This document shows, piece by piece, positions 12,130 through 25,600 of a stretch of 64,000 bases of DNA (position 1 is the first letter of the stretch; each line of letters opens with the position of its first letter). The notes below the pieces were generated by a model. That model did no database searches. It saw nothing but the letters and a program-made list of their open reading frames with translations, and had not been told where the DNA came from. Source of the DNA: Takakia lepidozioides (Eukaryota > Plantae > Bryophyta); the NCBI GenBank assembly GCA_030704615.1, contig CM060733.1, positions 26,412,001 to 26,476,000 of the forward strand, written 5' to 3'. A program made the translations under genes and the position numbers.

Positions 12130-15100
12130 ATGCCGAAATGAGATGTGGTCTCTTGGACTGCAATAATTGCAGGATGTACTGAGCAAGGGCATGGTGAAGA
12201 GGCATTTGAACTCTTTGGGCAAATGCCACAAGAAGGTGTAGAGCCCGACAAGGTCACTCTCATTTGCATCCTCAAAAGGTGTGCCAGCCCAGCAGCTCTA
12301 GGGCAGGGCAAAGGGCTTCATGCCCACATTGTTAGAGCTGGATTTGAATCAAATGTTTATGTAGGAACTAGCCTTGTCCATATGTATGCCAAATGTGGGA
12401 GTTTGGTGGATGCGCAAAAGATGTTTGAAAAATGTCTAGGCGAGATGTGATTTCATGGAATGCTCACGCTCTTTCGGCAAATGCAACTAGAAGGCGTGAT
12501 GGTCCATGCCCATATCATTGAAGCTGGCTTTGAGTCAGATATCCGTGTGGGAAACACCCTTCTCAGCATGTATGTCAAGTGTGGGAGTCTGGTGGATGCA
12601 TGTCGAGTCTTTAACAATATGCCTGAACAATATGTGGTTTCATGGAATGCAATGATTACAAGATACATTCAGCAAGGGCGCAGTGAAGAGGCATTTGAAC
12701 TCTTCTAGCAAATGCAACGAGTAGGTATGAAGCCTGACAAGCTCACATTTGTTACCATCCTCAACGCCTGCACCGGAACAGGACAGGCGTGTACATGTCC
12801 ACATCACAGAAGGTGGAGTTGAGGCAATTGTCTGTTTAGGGAATGCCCTTGTCAACATGTATGCCAGGTGTGGAAGCGTGGTGGATGCGCGGATAGTATT
12901 TGATGCTTCTATAATTACAGCAACAAGAGCTAGCTGAATGCATCCTAGGACGCATGTTCTAAAATTAGAACCACAAAATGTTGCAGTGTATATGTTGTTG
13001 TCAAATATCTATGCTGCAACTCAAATATGCCGCAGCTGGCAGGTGGGATGATACTGCAAAGGTGAGAAGAATGATCACGGTCAAAGAGGTTAGAAAGGAG
13101 CCAGGTCGCTGCTGCATTGAGGTTGGCAACAGGGTGCACACCTTCGTTGTAGATGACAAGTTGCATCCCAGAATTAAGGAAATTCATGCTGAGCTGAGAA
13201 GATTGTCTGGGTGGAATGACTTTGACAAGTAATTGCCAATGTGGCAGCAAGAAAGTATCCAAAAACAGATAACAGTGTTCAACAATGTGGTTGAATGAAC
13301 TGTGGTGTCGCGGAACGCCATGCTTATGCACAACAGAGGCGTGGGATGGAGGCTTTGGAGACCTATGAGTAAATGATGGTGGAAGGGGTGAAGCCTGACC
13401 ACATCACGTCTGTGTGTTTGCAAGCCTGGCAGCCCTGGAAAAGGGCAAAGAGGTGCATGGTTGCATCGCGAAAGCAAGAATTGTACTAGATGTGATTCTG
13501 AACAATACCCTCGTGGAGATGTATGCCAAATATAGGAGGCATTTCAACAGGTTCAGATACGTTTGTCTGTCTCTTGCTTAAGTGCATCAAGATGAAAGGT
13601 CTGGAAGCTGGAAAGTAGGTGCACACTCACATTATCCAAAGTGGATTCACGAAGGGTATGCACAGCAAGAACGTGGTATGAAGGCTTTGGAGACCTATGA
13701 TCAAATGATGGGGGAAGGGGTGACGCCCGACCACATCACATTTGTGTGCATTTGCGATGCATGTGCAAGCCTGGCAGCTCTGGAAAAGGGCGAAAGAGGT
13801 CCATGGCGACATTGTCAGAGGTGCAATTGTACCGAGTGTCATTCTAAACAATACCCTCGTGGACATGTACGAAGGGAGTGTTCGACAGTATGGCTGAATG
13901 AGATGTGGTGTCGTGGAGTGCAATGATTGCAGGATATGCACAGCAAAGGCGCGAGATGGAGGCTTTGGAGACCTCTGAGCAAATGATGTGCGACGGGGTG
14001 AAGCCCAACCGCATAACGTTTGTTTGCATTGGCAATGCGTGTGCAAGTCTGGCAGCCCTGGAAAGGTGCAAAGAGGTCTATGGTGACATCGTCAAATCTG
14101 GAATTGTACCCGATGTCATTCTGAACACTGCCCTGCTGGACATGTATGTCAAATTTGAGTGCATCAAGGATGCAAAGGGAGTGTTCGACAGTATGGCTGA
14201 ATGAGATGTGGTGTCGTGGAGTGCGATGATTGCAGCATATGCACAGCAATGATGCGGGATGGAGGCTTTGGAGACCTATGAGCAATTGATGTGCGAAGGG
14301 GTGAAGCCCAACCGCAACACATTTGTTTGTATTTGCAATGCGTGTGCAAGCCTAGGAGCTCTGGAAAAGGGGAAAGAGGTCCACGGTGACATCGTCAAAG
14401 CTGGATTTGTACTAGATGTCATCCTGAACACTACCCTGGTGGACATGTATGCCAAATGTGGGTGCATGAAAGATGCGAAGGGAGTTTCCAAATGGCTGAA
14501 CAAGATGTGGTGTCATGGAACGCGATGCACAGCAGGGTATGCACAGCAGGGGCGTGGGAAGGAGGCTTTGGAGACCTATGAGCAAATGATGGGGGAAGGG
14601 GTGAAGCCCGACCACATCACGTTTGTGTACATTTGCAATGCGTGTGCAAGCCTGGCAACCCTGGAAAAGGGCAAAGAGGTGCATGGTTGCATCACCAAAG
14701 CTGGAACTGTACCAGGTGTGATCCTGAACACTGCCCTGGTGGACATGTATGCCAAATGTGGGAGCATTGAGGATGCAGAGGGAGGGTTCAACAATATGGC
14801 TGAATGAGATTTGTTGTCGTGGAATGTGATGCTTGCAGGATATGCACAGCAGGACGTGGGATGGAGGACTTGGAGACCTATGAGCAAATGATGGGGGAAG
14901 GGGTGAAGCGCGACCACATCACGTTTGTGTGCGTGTGCAAGCCTGGCAGCCCTGGAAAAGGGCAAAGAGGTGCATGGTTGCATCGCCAAAGTTGTACAGA
15001 TGTGATTCTGAACAATACCCTCGTGGACATGTATACCAAATGTGGGAGCATTGAGGATGCGGAGGGAGTGTTCAACAATATGGCTGAACGAGATTTGGTG

Positions 15101-16400
15101 TCATGGAATGCCATGCTTGCAGGGTATGCACAGCAGGGGCGCGGGATGGAGGCCTTGGATCAGACCTATGAGCAAATGATGGGGGAAGGGGTGAAATGCA
15201 ACCACATCATGTTTGTGAGCGTTTGCAATGCTTGTGCAAGCCTGGCAGCCCTGGAAAAGGGCAAAGAGGTCCATGATGGGGGAAGGGGGGAAGCCCGACC
15301 ACATCATGTTTGTGTGCATTTGTAATGCTTGTGCAAGCCACATTCATTTGTGTTCTCAATGTTGGTGCCAACATGGTGGCCCTGGAGGGAATTTCGTCAT
15401 ACATTAATTGGGAGACTGCCCTTGTTAACATGTATGCCAAATATGGGAGTGTAAGGGAGGCATGTCTAGTGTTCAACAATATGGTGGCAGGATATACCAA
15501 GCATGGTTGTGGTAGGAATGCCTTCGAGACATATGATCAACTGATACAGCATGGGGTGATGCCCTACCAGGTCACATTTGTTTGCATTCTCAAAACTTGT
15601 GCGAGACTGGCAGCCCTGGAAAACGGCAAAGAGGTCCATGCTGACATATGAAAGCTGGACTTGTACCAAATCTGATTTTGAACAATAGCCTTGTTGACAT
15701 GTATGCGAAATGCGGGAGCATGAAGGTTGCAAAGAGAGTATTTGTCCTGAACGGGATGTGGTGTGCGATGATCACAGGATATGCCCAGCATGGGTGTGGG
15801 ATGGAGGCTTTGGGGACCTATGAGCAAAAGATGCGGAAGCATTCAACAAATTCCAGCTGTGGTTCTGAACAATACCCTCATGGACATGTATGCCAAATGT
15901 GGGTGCATCAAGGATGTGGAGGGAGTGTTTGACCATATGGCCAAACGAGTGTGGTAGGCTTGGAGTGCCATGATCGCAGGATATGCACAATAGGGGCACG
16001 GGATGGAGGCTATGGAGACCTACAAGCAAATGATGTGGGAAGGGGTGAAGCCTGACCACATCACGTGTGTTGGTGTTTGCAACGTGTGTGCAAGCCTCGT
16101 AGCCCTGGAGAAGGGCAGAGAGGTTCATAGCGACATTGTCAAAGCTGGAATTGTACCAGATGTCATTCCAAACAGTGCCCTGGTGGATATGTATGCCAAA
16201 TGTGGGTGCATTGAAGACGCGAAGGGAGTGTTCGACAATATGGCTAAACAAAATGTGGTGTCTTGGAGTGCCATGATAGCAGCATGGGTGTGGGATGGAG
16301 GCTATGGAGACCTATGAGCAAATGATGCAGGAAAGGGGTGAAGCCAAATCACATCATGTTCTTGTGCATTTGCAATGTGTGTGCAAGCCTGGCAGCCCTG
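12130..16400 (+). pseudogene. Degenerate PLS-class PPR array with E/E+ (PG-box) remnant at ~12990-13210
   Basis: PLS repeats with stops and frameshifts; YAAAGRWDDTAKVRRMITVKEVRKEPGRCCIEVGNRVHTFVVDDKLHP. Confidence 0.9.
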
Positions 16401-16469
16401 GGCACAGTTATTCATGTTGTAGACAGCATAAAGTAGAGGGAGTGTTTGAGAGAGATTCGTCATTGCATA

Positions 16470-16877
16470 ATGTTACCCTGTTTGTGGCTCAGGGTATATA
16501 TATGTTGGTGGCGGGATTTTCCTGACTCCCCAAATATCTGCCTAAGGCCGTCTGGCGCTACCGTATGTCTTACATAGGCTTCCATATGTATTCTCTATCA
16601 GATCGATACCAACCGAAGCAAGTGGGAAGATTTGGCAGTTGTCTTTGGCATGGTCATTGGCTACAGACTTATCTTCTTCCTCATGATAAAGTTTACTGAG
16701 GATGTGAGCCCAATCCTCCACTCGCTCCTTGCCAAGCCTGCCCAGGGCTGCCTGACACGGAAAAATTCGGCTGTCCAGAACACAATTCGACCCCTCTCTA
16801 TGACACCATCCCCTGTCCATGATGCTGCTCCGCTGCGGTATTCCACAGGCAAGCGATTTGGTGCGTCCCCATGCTGA
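16470..16877 (+). pseudogene. C-terminal fragment of an ABCG half-transporter
   Basis: QGIYMLVAGF...LPKAVWRY...LAVVFGMVIGYRLIFFLMIKFTE read across frameshifts. Confidence 0.7.
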
Positions 16878-17589
16878 TTCTTACAACAAGGAAAAAGTAC
16901 CTGTCACTAAGGTAATCTAACAACTGCGCCAACAGTGCTGCTGTGAACATGATACGACAACAATGGTAATGCATGAAAGAGGGTGATTGATGGTTAACAC
17001 TTCTAGCGGTACTGGAAAATTCATCTGGAGCCCATTCACTGGTGGGAATTTGCAATAACAAAGCCTCTAGATGAGAATATTGTTTTCTTTGCTTTTGGTT
17101 AGCTCAATTGTAGAGAGAGCTGGTGCCACAAGACTCTGATACAGAAATGTGAGGTAATTATTCTAGTCTATCAGTGGGGAATCCAGAGATTAATGAAGCG
17201 ATAAAGGTGGCAGTTACTTGTCCTGCCTCAATCATAGCAACAACCATTACTTCTAGGTACATAATTTATTGCTACACAAATTTTGTCATTGGCACCTGCT
17301 GTGTATTATATTTTGCAGTGAAAAGCCTTGGACGGCTGCTTCTTTTTCCCTTGTTGAACGGATGGAGTGCAACTGATCTGAGAATGTATTGCAAGAATGC
17401 AGTCTGCAATGTAGAGTCTGTATGGACAATGTAATGGTGATTCCAGCACTGGACTGTGATACTAGCAACTATGAAGTGCGTAGAGAAAGCAGAAAGACCA
17501 AACTTGGGAAGGAGAAATAAAAGAGAGACCACTGGACCACCTGAGGCTCCTCATGATATACTTAGTGCTTCAGAAAATAAATATGGATA

Positions 17590-17672
17590 CTCTAATGCAA
17601 GGTGCACTACAATCTCAGATCCTGCTTTCCACCACTTTGAAGATGGGATTTGTTCTTGTGGTGATAGGATGT
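17590..17672 (+). pseudogene. DYW deaminase domain C-terminal remnant
   Basis: ISDPAFHHFEDGICSCGDR matches the FHHFxDGxCSCGD(YW) terminus. Confidence 0.75.
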
Positions 17673-17706
17673 TTTCTTGGAAAGATGCTAGTGTCTGGTG
17701 ACAGTG

Positions 17707-17875
17707 CAGCGTAGCTACGGCGTGAGCCCAGCCCCGTGAGCCTGGGAGCTGAGCTCACGTTGAAGCTTTGAAGCGTGAGCTGAGCTCACGCTTCAGGGAA
17801 GCGTGAGCGGCATGAATCTGCTGGAGAAGCAGGTCCTATAGGCGAGGATTGCAGGAAGAGGGCCTATTACCGTGG
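17707..17875 (+). repeat. Left TIR/subterminal region with CGTGAGC/GCTCACG motifs
   Basis: About six CGTGAGC/GCTCACG copies; CCTATTACCGTGG at ~17863 is an inverted near-copy of the right-end CCGCGGAAATAGG repeat. Confidence 0.8.
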
Positions 17876-18126
17876 ACAAAACAAAGGAGGCCACCATGCA
17901 CCATGTCTGCAATGCGTGCCAAAAAAGAGGAATATGTAAATATGGCAGATTTGAGCTCAGAATGATTGACACAGTTTATTTCAATTCACAGAGAGACGCT
18001 TACAATGAATCGCAAGTGCATTTGCCCTGGTTCTGTGAACGAAATGTATATGTTTGTCATAAAATGAAAAGTCTTCACACGGCAACCTGGAAACCAGCAT
18101 GGGAAGCGGGCATGGCTCGTATGTGT

Positions 18127-21100
18127 TCAAAGAGAAGTTGGCGGAGCTCTACGCGAGGTGTCCCGCTGCAGAAGGGTGATGACTTCTCCGTAGCCTAGTG
18201 TGGCTTGGTGAATGAATTGGTCTCTCTTACCGTCGCAACACATAATTACAAGGTATATGTAATATTGATGCTTGCAGGGGACCCACTTCCCTCTCATGCC
18301 GAGAGCGCCCTCACGCATTGTTACAAAATCCGGACAAGTGCACGATGGGAAATTCCCGATGGTAACCTGATATTCTTTGGCATGAAGAACTGAGCCAATT
18401 GACAGCACTGTGTAAATCCGTCCATACCCCGGGGAAGGGACTTCGGTGATACGAGTCACCCTAGCCTGCAAAATTCTAGCCGATTCCATCTTGCATTCGT
18501 GATCTGCACCCGAAGCAACACGGCGCACTGTTTTTCCATCTCTTTTTGTTGGGTGGGAGTCGGCACCGGGTGGAGGCATTGTCGGAGCATGTGGCACATC
18601 TGTGCCGACAGTGCATAAGGGCATCACCCGGGACCGTGCAAGACAAAACCCTCCCTCCTCCAGCATGCTTATCTCGGTTGAGGACAGCGATGTCCCAATT
18701 TTCACAGGCCAAATTGCGGGGGGAGGGGGCTTCATTATCACGGAAGGACGAACTGTTCCCTTCACGCATCGTGCCATATCGTCTGGGCAGAACCAAAACT
18801 TGTGCTCTTTTGACTCCCCACTATGGTAAGGTCGGAACAACCCTGTGAATGTTGGAGCTGGAGTCCCCCTGGAGCCTTTGCATATTTTTGATTTGCATTT
18901 CTTGAATGAGGGGGTCCGAATTGCCATGCAAGCCACTCTAGATCCCGGTGGGGTGCGTTCTATATGCCAGTCACTATCAATGCAATCAGATTCCTGCACC
19001 ATGGCCACCACCTCCTCCAATGGGATTTCCGCTGCTATGCTTGCATGTTCTGCACCTGCTCCACAGGAGGAGGACCCACCTGGGAAGGGGCCGGCACAGG
19101 ACTTAGTCTGCACTGGAGACACCTTTGGCACAGAGAAATTGACCCTGTCTGGCCTATGGGAATCTCCATCTGACCCTGGAAGAGTGTTTAATTTCCTTTT
19201 GCATGATCCAAATCTTTCCTCGCTTTCCAAATGGGGGAGCCTGGATTGCAGAGGGGAGCCTTCAGTGCACCTGTTTAGAGCTCTGGCCATCTTTGACGGG
19301 TCTCCGGACCTACTCGCAGCCCTTAGCATCAACAAAGTCGTATCGGGGCCCTTCCCTCCACCCCGTCCCATCAGAAAATTGCGGTACCTGGTTTGTTGTG
19401 TAAGTGCCCGCACCATGTCATCAGCAGTGGCCACATACAAGTCACGACCTGCTTTGGTAGACTGTTGCATCCAGGCGTTGTGAACAGTCTCTGCCAAATT
19501 ACACGATGGCATGTCGGCCAAGTCCTCCAAGGACATGTCCTGCAGGAGGCATTGCATGGAAATGTGAGGAAGGAAAAGAAATGGTAGAGGTTCTTCAAGT
19601 GACAATCGAACAACCCCAAATGAACAGGCACGATGCAAAGTGCAATTTGTGTTTAAGGAAAACTTGTGAGGCTTACCGTCGTCATGAAAGCTCCCCACTG
19701 TCTGTACCTGAAGTGCCAGAAAACCAACCAGTCCTCCAACTCCTTCAGGTGGATACCTGTAGCAGCACCAGAGGAGAACCACCAAGCCCGGATTGCCTGG
19801 TAAGTGCTCTCAGCTTCTCCCATTGAGGTGGCATTCTTGTACTTCAGACAGAGCCTTCTATGCTCCAACTGAAGGTCAGGGCGAATGCAGCGCTTTGTAT
19901 GACGTGCCAGAGATTGACTCCAATGGAAGAGGCATGTGCGCTCCCTATTTTCCATTGGGACCCTAGGATCCCCCGAACCAAACACGCGCCGCACTGCATT
20001 GAAATTTGCCTGTGCACTATCAGCCATGAAGCCCGCAAAATTTGTGTTCTGTATTCCATTGCGCTGCATGACGGCCAGGAGGGAATTCCACATGAGCATC
20101 TGGGATTCAGTGTCCTCCGACTGCATATCACAAATTGCTATGGAGAGCACACGCTGGTACGCTGGATCATACACATGGCACGCCATGGTTGTCCAACCCT
20201 TCACCCGTTTGCAGTGATCAAACATTAACCAACATTTAGCCAAATCTCCTCCAGGTTGCATTCGGCGGACAATGCTCACACCACTGCCTTGGCCCACAGC
20301 GGACATCTTGAACAAATACATTTTGGACGAGCCCTGGCCAGGGAACATACTGTTTTGAATGAATTCATAGCGACTCCTCCGTTTGAGGTCCATAATGTTG
20401 TCCATGAATCCAGCAGTGCCTGTGCCCATTCTGAGTGCATTCACCTGGTTTCGAATATTGGGAGAGCTCAACACGGAGAAATGGTCCATGACTGCCTCAA
20501 GGGAATCTGCATCCAACATTGGCTGTGTCGCATCCCCTTCACCCAGTATGTGTTTTTCCAGGAATGCCTTGCTAGCTGCAAGCGCTATAGCAGAAGGTGT
20601 TGCACAAGGGGCATTGTGGAACTCTTGCTTCAGTAGATTTCTAGCGATGTCCACGCTATCCCTGCAACTCCCTTTGGACACAGGATGCTCGTGTGCACCC
20701 ATATGAATGCAGGCACGAGTCATTGTCTTGCATCGATGTGCCACCTGATACATACGAGCGTGACAAACAGAAACACAGGACGGGGAAAGTTTGCAGAACC
20801 TGCACACAAAAGTATTGGTCTTGGGAGGTGCAAGCCCTGGGGTGAAAGGATTCAGGGGCACACCTTCCCACTCACTTTCGTTTGGCTGAGCGCTGTTTCT
20901 CAGCCGAGGGCAAGAAATATTCAGGCACTTGCAATGCCCAACGCAAACCGACCTCCGAAATTTCAAGCCAATGTCGTTATGGATGTTCGACGTTTTTGTC
21001 CTGCACCAAGGATGTCCGTCATGTTTCTTGTCCATGCCCTGCAGAAGCCCAGCCAGTCCACTGGAAGACGTGGGAGGGTTGAGCTCAAACAAGATGTCCC

Positions 21101-21707
21101 CATCAAACTGAGCTGGCACGTATTGAACCCGTTGCACTGGAAGGGACTCCCAATCAACAAAACGTAGCTCGCTCTTGCACCCAGGCACACCTGCGAGGGC
21201 TTTCAATTTTGGAATGACACTTGTTATCTCTTGCAATTCGTCATCATGCAATAAGGGAGTTTGCACTGGCGGAGGAATCTCAGAAACATCCTCCGAGGAC
21301 GAGTCCGAAAGAGTCACGAAGGTAGTGGATGTGCTCACCTCTTGTTTCACAGGAACTGTGCCCTTCTGTTGCACGACCGATGCTGCAGTGCCAGGGGTAA
21401 CGACTGATCCTGCTGATTGTCTTCTCTCTTTTCCAAGGACACGGTATGTTCCTGGAAGGACTCTCCACTTCCTTCCACACTCGCCAACCAAGGGTTTCTC
21501 CAAGTGCCCAGAATCCAAATTCCCATCATCGTCATACACCTCTTTCTGAACAAGCAGAGAACCCAACTCCAGCGGGAACACTGTAACCAGCTCATCCTCA
21601 TGAACAACTGCATACCCATCGTCGTCTGCAGTGGCAGTCAGTGGAAGAGTACCTGCATTGGAATGGAATCGAGCGAGTGCATCTCGCTCCCTCGACATGT
21701 TTTCCAT
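18127..21707 (-). CDS. MULE transposase, ~1147 aa, 2 exons (21707-19677, 19539-18127): GCM/WRKY-like Zn domain, DDE core, C-terminal SWIM finger
   Basis: WLMFDHCKR (D1), FMADSAQANFNA (D2), CLFHW (CxxH), NLAETVHNAW (E, restored by a phase-0 GT-AG intron 19676-19540), SWIM CTCPDF...CKH, N-terminal CVGHCKCLNISC...CRFC...GAHEHP; start codon inferred. Confidence 0.88.
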
Positions 21708-22640
21708 CACTGAACGAAACTGGCGATTCAGAACGGAATCCCCGAACTGAGAGCCCGTAATTATCGAAAGTGGAAATACCACCAGCAAACTGAGGTCAAC
21801 AAGGGTAGCACCAAACCAAAGGCTGCAGGCGATGCATGCCAAGGATGTAGGGATGACGTGCACCTTCACCTCCCACCAACCAGAAAAACCGTTTTGAAAG
21901 ACCAGAGCCACAAGAAGCCGTGCTGTTTTTGGATGGAAAACAAACCCTGAAAATGACATGAAACCATCCATTATGAAATGACGGCAACAACCCTGGAGAG
22001 CAGTAAACAGGAAGATCCGATTGTAATGAGATTGTGTTGCGCCAGAATAGCACAGAACAAACACTGACACTCCAAGAGATACCTCGCACGAATGTGTGCA
22101 ACACATGGTCATATCCGACAAAATCCTTTATACCGAATGACCCCATGGGGACGGTCACGGCATAAAAAAAACCACAGGGCATGCAGTACAACACACGTGG
22201 ATGCATATGTGAAGCATAACAATTATTGCGAATCTGGAAGAACTGCTCGGAATTGAAAAAGCACTACATTTCTACGGCACATTCGAATTTGAAAGAAGGC
22301 AAGGAGGCCGCCATGTATTGGCAGGCGGCGAAGTACATCTGACATATATCGCAAATGCATGCAACGGATGTTCTTTTTCTTCGGCGCTTTATTAGCTGGG
22401 TAATACAAAGACGCCAAAATGGATGAATTCCGTTCGCACACAATATCAACACCCGCATCCAAATACGGTTGACAACGTCCATTTTTATTTTTGTTACATG
22501 CGATACCAGGACTTGTTGCAAACGTCAAACTGGAGAGCTCCAGGGGCATCGTGGGGAGCCCTTGTTTCCAGCGGAGGAGAAAGAGAAGGAAGTCATTATA
22601 CTTCACGAGTTCTAGAAACAGGAATAGAGCTAGATATAGA

Positions 22641-25600
22641 ATGAGGATGGAAAGAGTGGAGGAAGAGGAAAAGGAGGAAGAAGAGGGAATACGGGAAAGT
22701 GTGGCGATGGAGGAGCAGGAATCTGGAGAAGAACAACAACCCAACATAGTTCCAGGAACAGGCGAGGAGGACACTGCGTCTGAGGGAGAGACGACGACAT
22801 GGAGGAAGATGTTGACACTGGCCTCACGAAGAATCTGACCACGGGAAAGAGGAAGGGGGAGAGGCTCACCTACATAGTCGACGAAGAGAGCAGCCCGAAG
22901 CGGAAAGGGTCCCCGGCAACTGGGGAGTCTTCTCGAGTACCTACGAAAAAGGTAAAATCTACAGGACCCACATTTGTGAAGAATTCGGCTTTCAATGGCA
23001 GGTATTTGAGAAAGAAAGAACCATTCAGTGGCAGCTCAAACAGTGTGCGTTGCCGCACACTGTTTGAGCTGCACAAGTCACTGTTTGAGGGTGCAAAATT
23101 CTTCCTTCAACGACACCTTTCTAAGGATGAAATGAACCCCGCACTTCCAACTCAAACAGTGTGCGGCAACGCACACTGTTTGAGCAAGTCTTCTCAATGT
23201 TTTAGGGTGCAAAATTTGGCCTTGGAGTCAGTTATCTGCGGGTGAAATGAACCCTTCACTGCCAGCCCAAACAGTGTGCGGCAACGCACACTGTTTGAGC
23301 TGAACATTTCAATGTTTTAGGGTGCGAAATTAGGACTTCAGGGGCACCTTTCTGAGGATGGAATGAACCCTGCACTGCCAGCTCAAACAGTGCGGCAACG
23401 CACACTGTTTGAGCTGAACATTTCAATGTTTTAGGGTGCAAAATTTGGTCTTGCTGTCTGTTATCTGAGGGTGAAATGAACCCTTCACTGCCAGCTCAGA
23501 CAGTGTGCGGCAACGCACACTGTTTGAGCTGAACATTTCAATGTTTCAGGGTGCAAAATTTGGACTTCAGGGGCACCTATAATAGGATGAAATGAACCCT
23601 TCACTGTCAGCCCAAGAGGTGTGCGGCAACGCACACTGTTTGAGCTGAACATTTCAATGTTTCTGGGTGCAAAATTTGGACTTCAGGGGCACCTATGTGA
23701 GGATGAAATGAACCCTTCACTGCCAGCCCAAACAGTGTGCGGCAACGCACACTGTTTGAGCTGAACATTTCAATGTTTTAGGGTGCGAAATTTGGACTTC
23801 AGGGGCACCTTTCTGAGGATGGAATAAACCCTGCACTGCCAGCTCAAACAGTGTGCGGCAACGCACACTGTTTGAGCTGAACATTTCAATGTTGTAGGGC
23901 GCAAAATTTGGACTGCAGTGGCACCTATGAGAGGATGAAATGAACCTTTCACTGTCAGCCCAAACAGTGTGCGGCAACGCACACTGTTTGAGCTGAACAT
24001 TTCAATGTTTTAGGGTGCAAAATTTGGTCTTGCTGTCTGTTATCTGAGGGTGAAATGAACCCTTCACTGCCAGCTCAGACAGTGTGTGGCAACACACACT
24101 GTTTGAGCTGAACATTTCAATGTTTTAGGGTGCAAAATTTGGACTTCAGTGGCACCTATAATAGGATGAAATGAACCCTTCACTGTCAGCCCAAACAGTG
24201 TGCGGCAACGCACACTGTTTGAGCTGAACATTTCAATGTTTATGGGTGCAAAATTTGGACTTCAGGGTGACCTGTTTGAGGATGAAATGAACCCTTCACT
24301 GTCAGCCCAAACAGTGTGCGACAACGCACACTGTTTGAGCTGAACATTTCAATGTTTTAGAGTGCAAAATTTGGTCTTGCTGTCTGTTATCTAAGGGTGA
24401 AATGAACCCTTCACTGCCAGCTCAGACAGTGTGCGGCAACGCACACTGTTTGAACTGAACATTTCAATGTTTCAGGGTGCAAAATTTGGACTTCAGGGGC
24501 ACCTATCTTAGGGTGAAATGAACCCTTCACTGCCAGCTCAGACAGTGTGCGGCAACGCACACTGTTTGAGCTGAACATTTCAATATTTCACGGTGCAAAA
24601 TTTGGACTTTAGGGGCACCTATAATAGGATGAAATGAACCCTTCAATGTAAGCCCAAATAGTGTGCGGCAACGCACACTGTTTGAGCTGAACATTTCAAT
24701 GTTTCAGGGTGCAAAATTTGGACTTCAGGGGCACCTATGTGAGGATGAAATAAACCCTTCACTGTCAGCCAAAACAGTGTGCAGCAACGCACACTGTTTG
24801 AGCAGATCTTTTCAATGTTTTAGGGTGCAAAATTTGGTCTTGCTGTCTGTTATCTGAGGTTGAAATGAACCCTTCACAACCAGCTCACACAGTGTGCGGC
24901 AACGCACACTGTTTGAGCAGATCTTTTCAATGTTTTAGGGTGCAAAATTTGGTCTTGCTGTCTGTTATGTGGGGGTGAAATGAACCCTTCACTGCCAGCT
25001 CAGAAAGTGTGCGGCAACGCACACTGTTTAAGCTGAACATTTCAATTTTTTTGGGTGCAAAATTTGGACTTCAGGGTGACCTGTTTGAGGATGAAATGAA
25101 CCCTTCACTGTCAGCCCAAACAGTGTGCGGCAACGCACACTGTTTGAGCTGAACATTTCAATGTTTTAGGGTGCAAAATTTGGTCTTCAGGGTATGTTAT
25201 CTGAGGTTGAAATGAACCCTTCACAACCAGCTCAAACAGTGTGCGGCAACGCACACTGTTTGAGCAGATCTTTTCAATGTTTTAGGGTGCAAAATTTGGT
25301 CTTGCTGTCTGTTATCTGAGGGTGAAATGAACCCTTCACTGCCAGCTCAGACAGTGTTCGGCAACGCACACTGTTTGAGCTGAACATTTCAATGTTTCAA
25401 GGTGCAAAATTTGGACTTCAGGGGCACCTATCTTAGGGTGAAATAAACCCTTCACTGCCACCTCAGACAGTGTGCGGCAACGCACACTGTTTGAGCTGAA
25501 CATTTCAATGTTTCAGGGTGCAAAATTTGGACTTCAGGGGCACCTATCTTAGGGTGAAATGAACCCTTCACTGCCAGCTCAGACAGTGTGCGGCAACGCA

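Noticed and set aside
1-16400. A functional PPR editing factor
   Set aside because: Numerous in-frame stops, large deletions and foreign fragments go beyond plausible sequencing error.
21708-22121. N-terminal 138 aa of the 822-aa ORF as part of the transposase
   Set aside because: Starts at a non-ATG codon and has T-rich, UTR/intron-like composition; ATG at 21707 is more plausible, though an upstream exon is not excluded.
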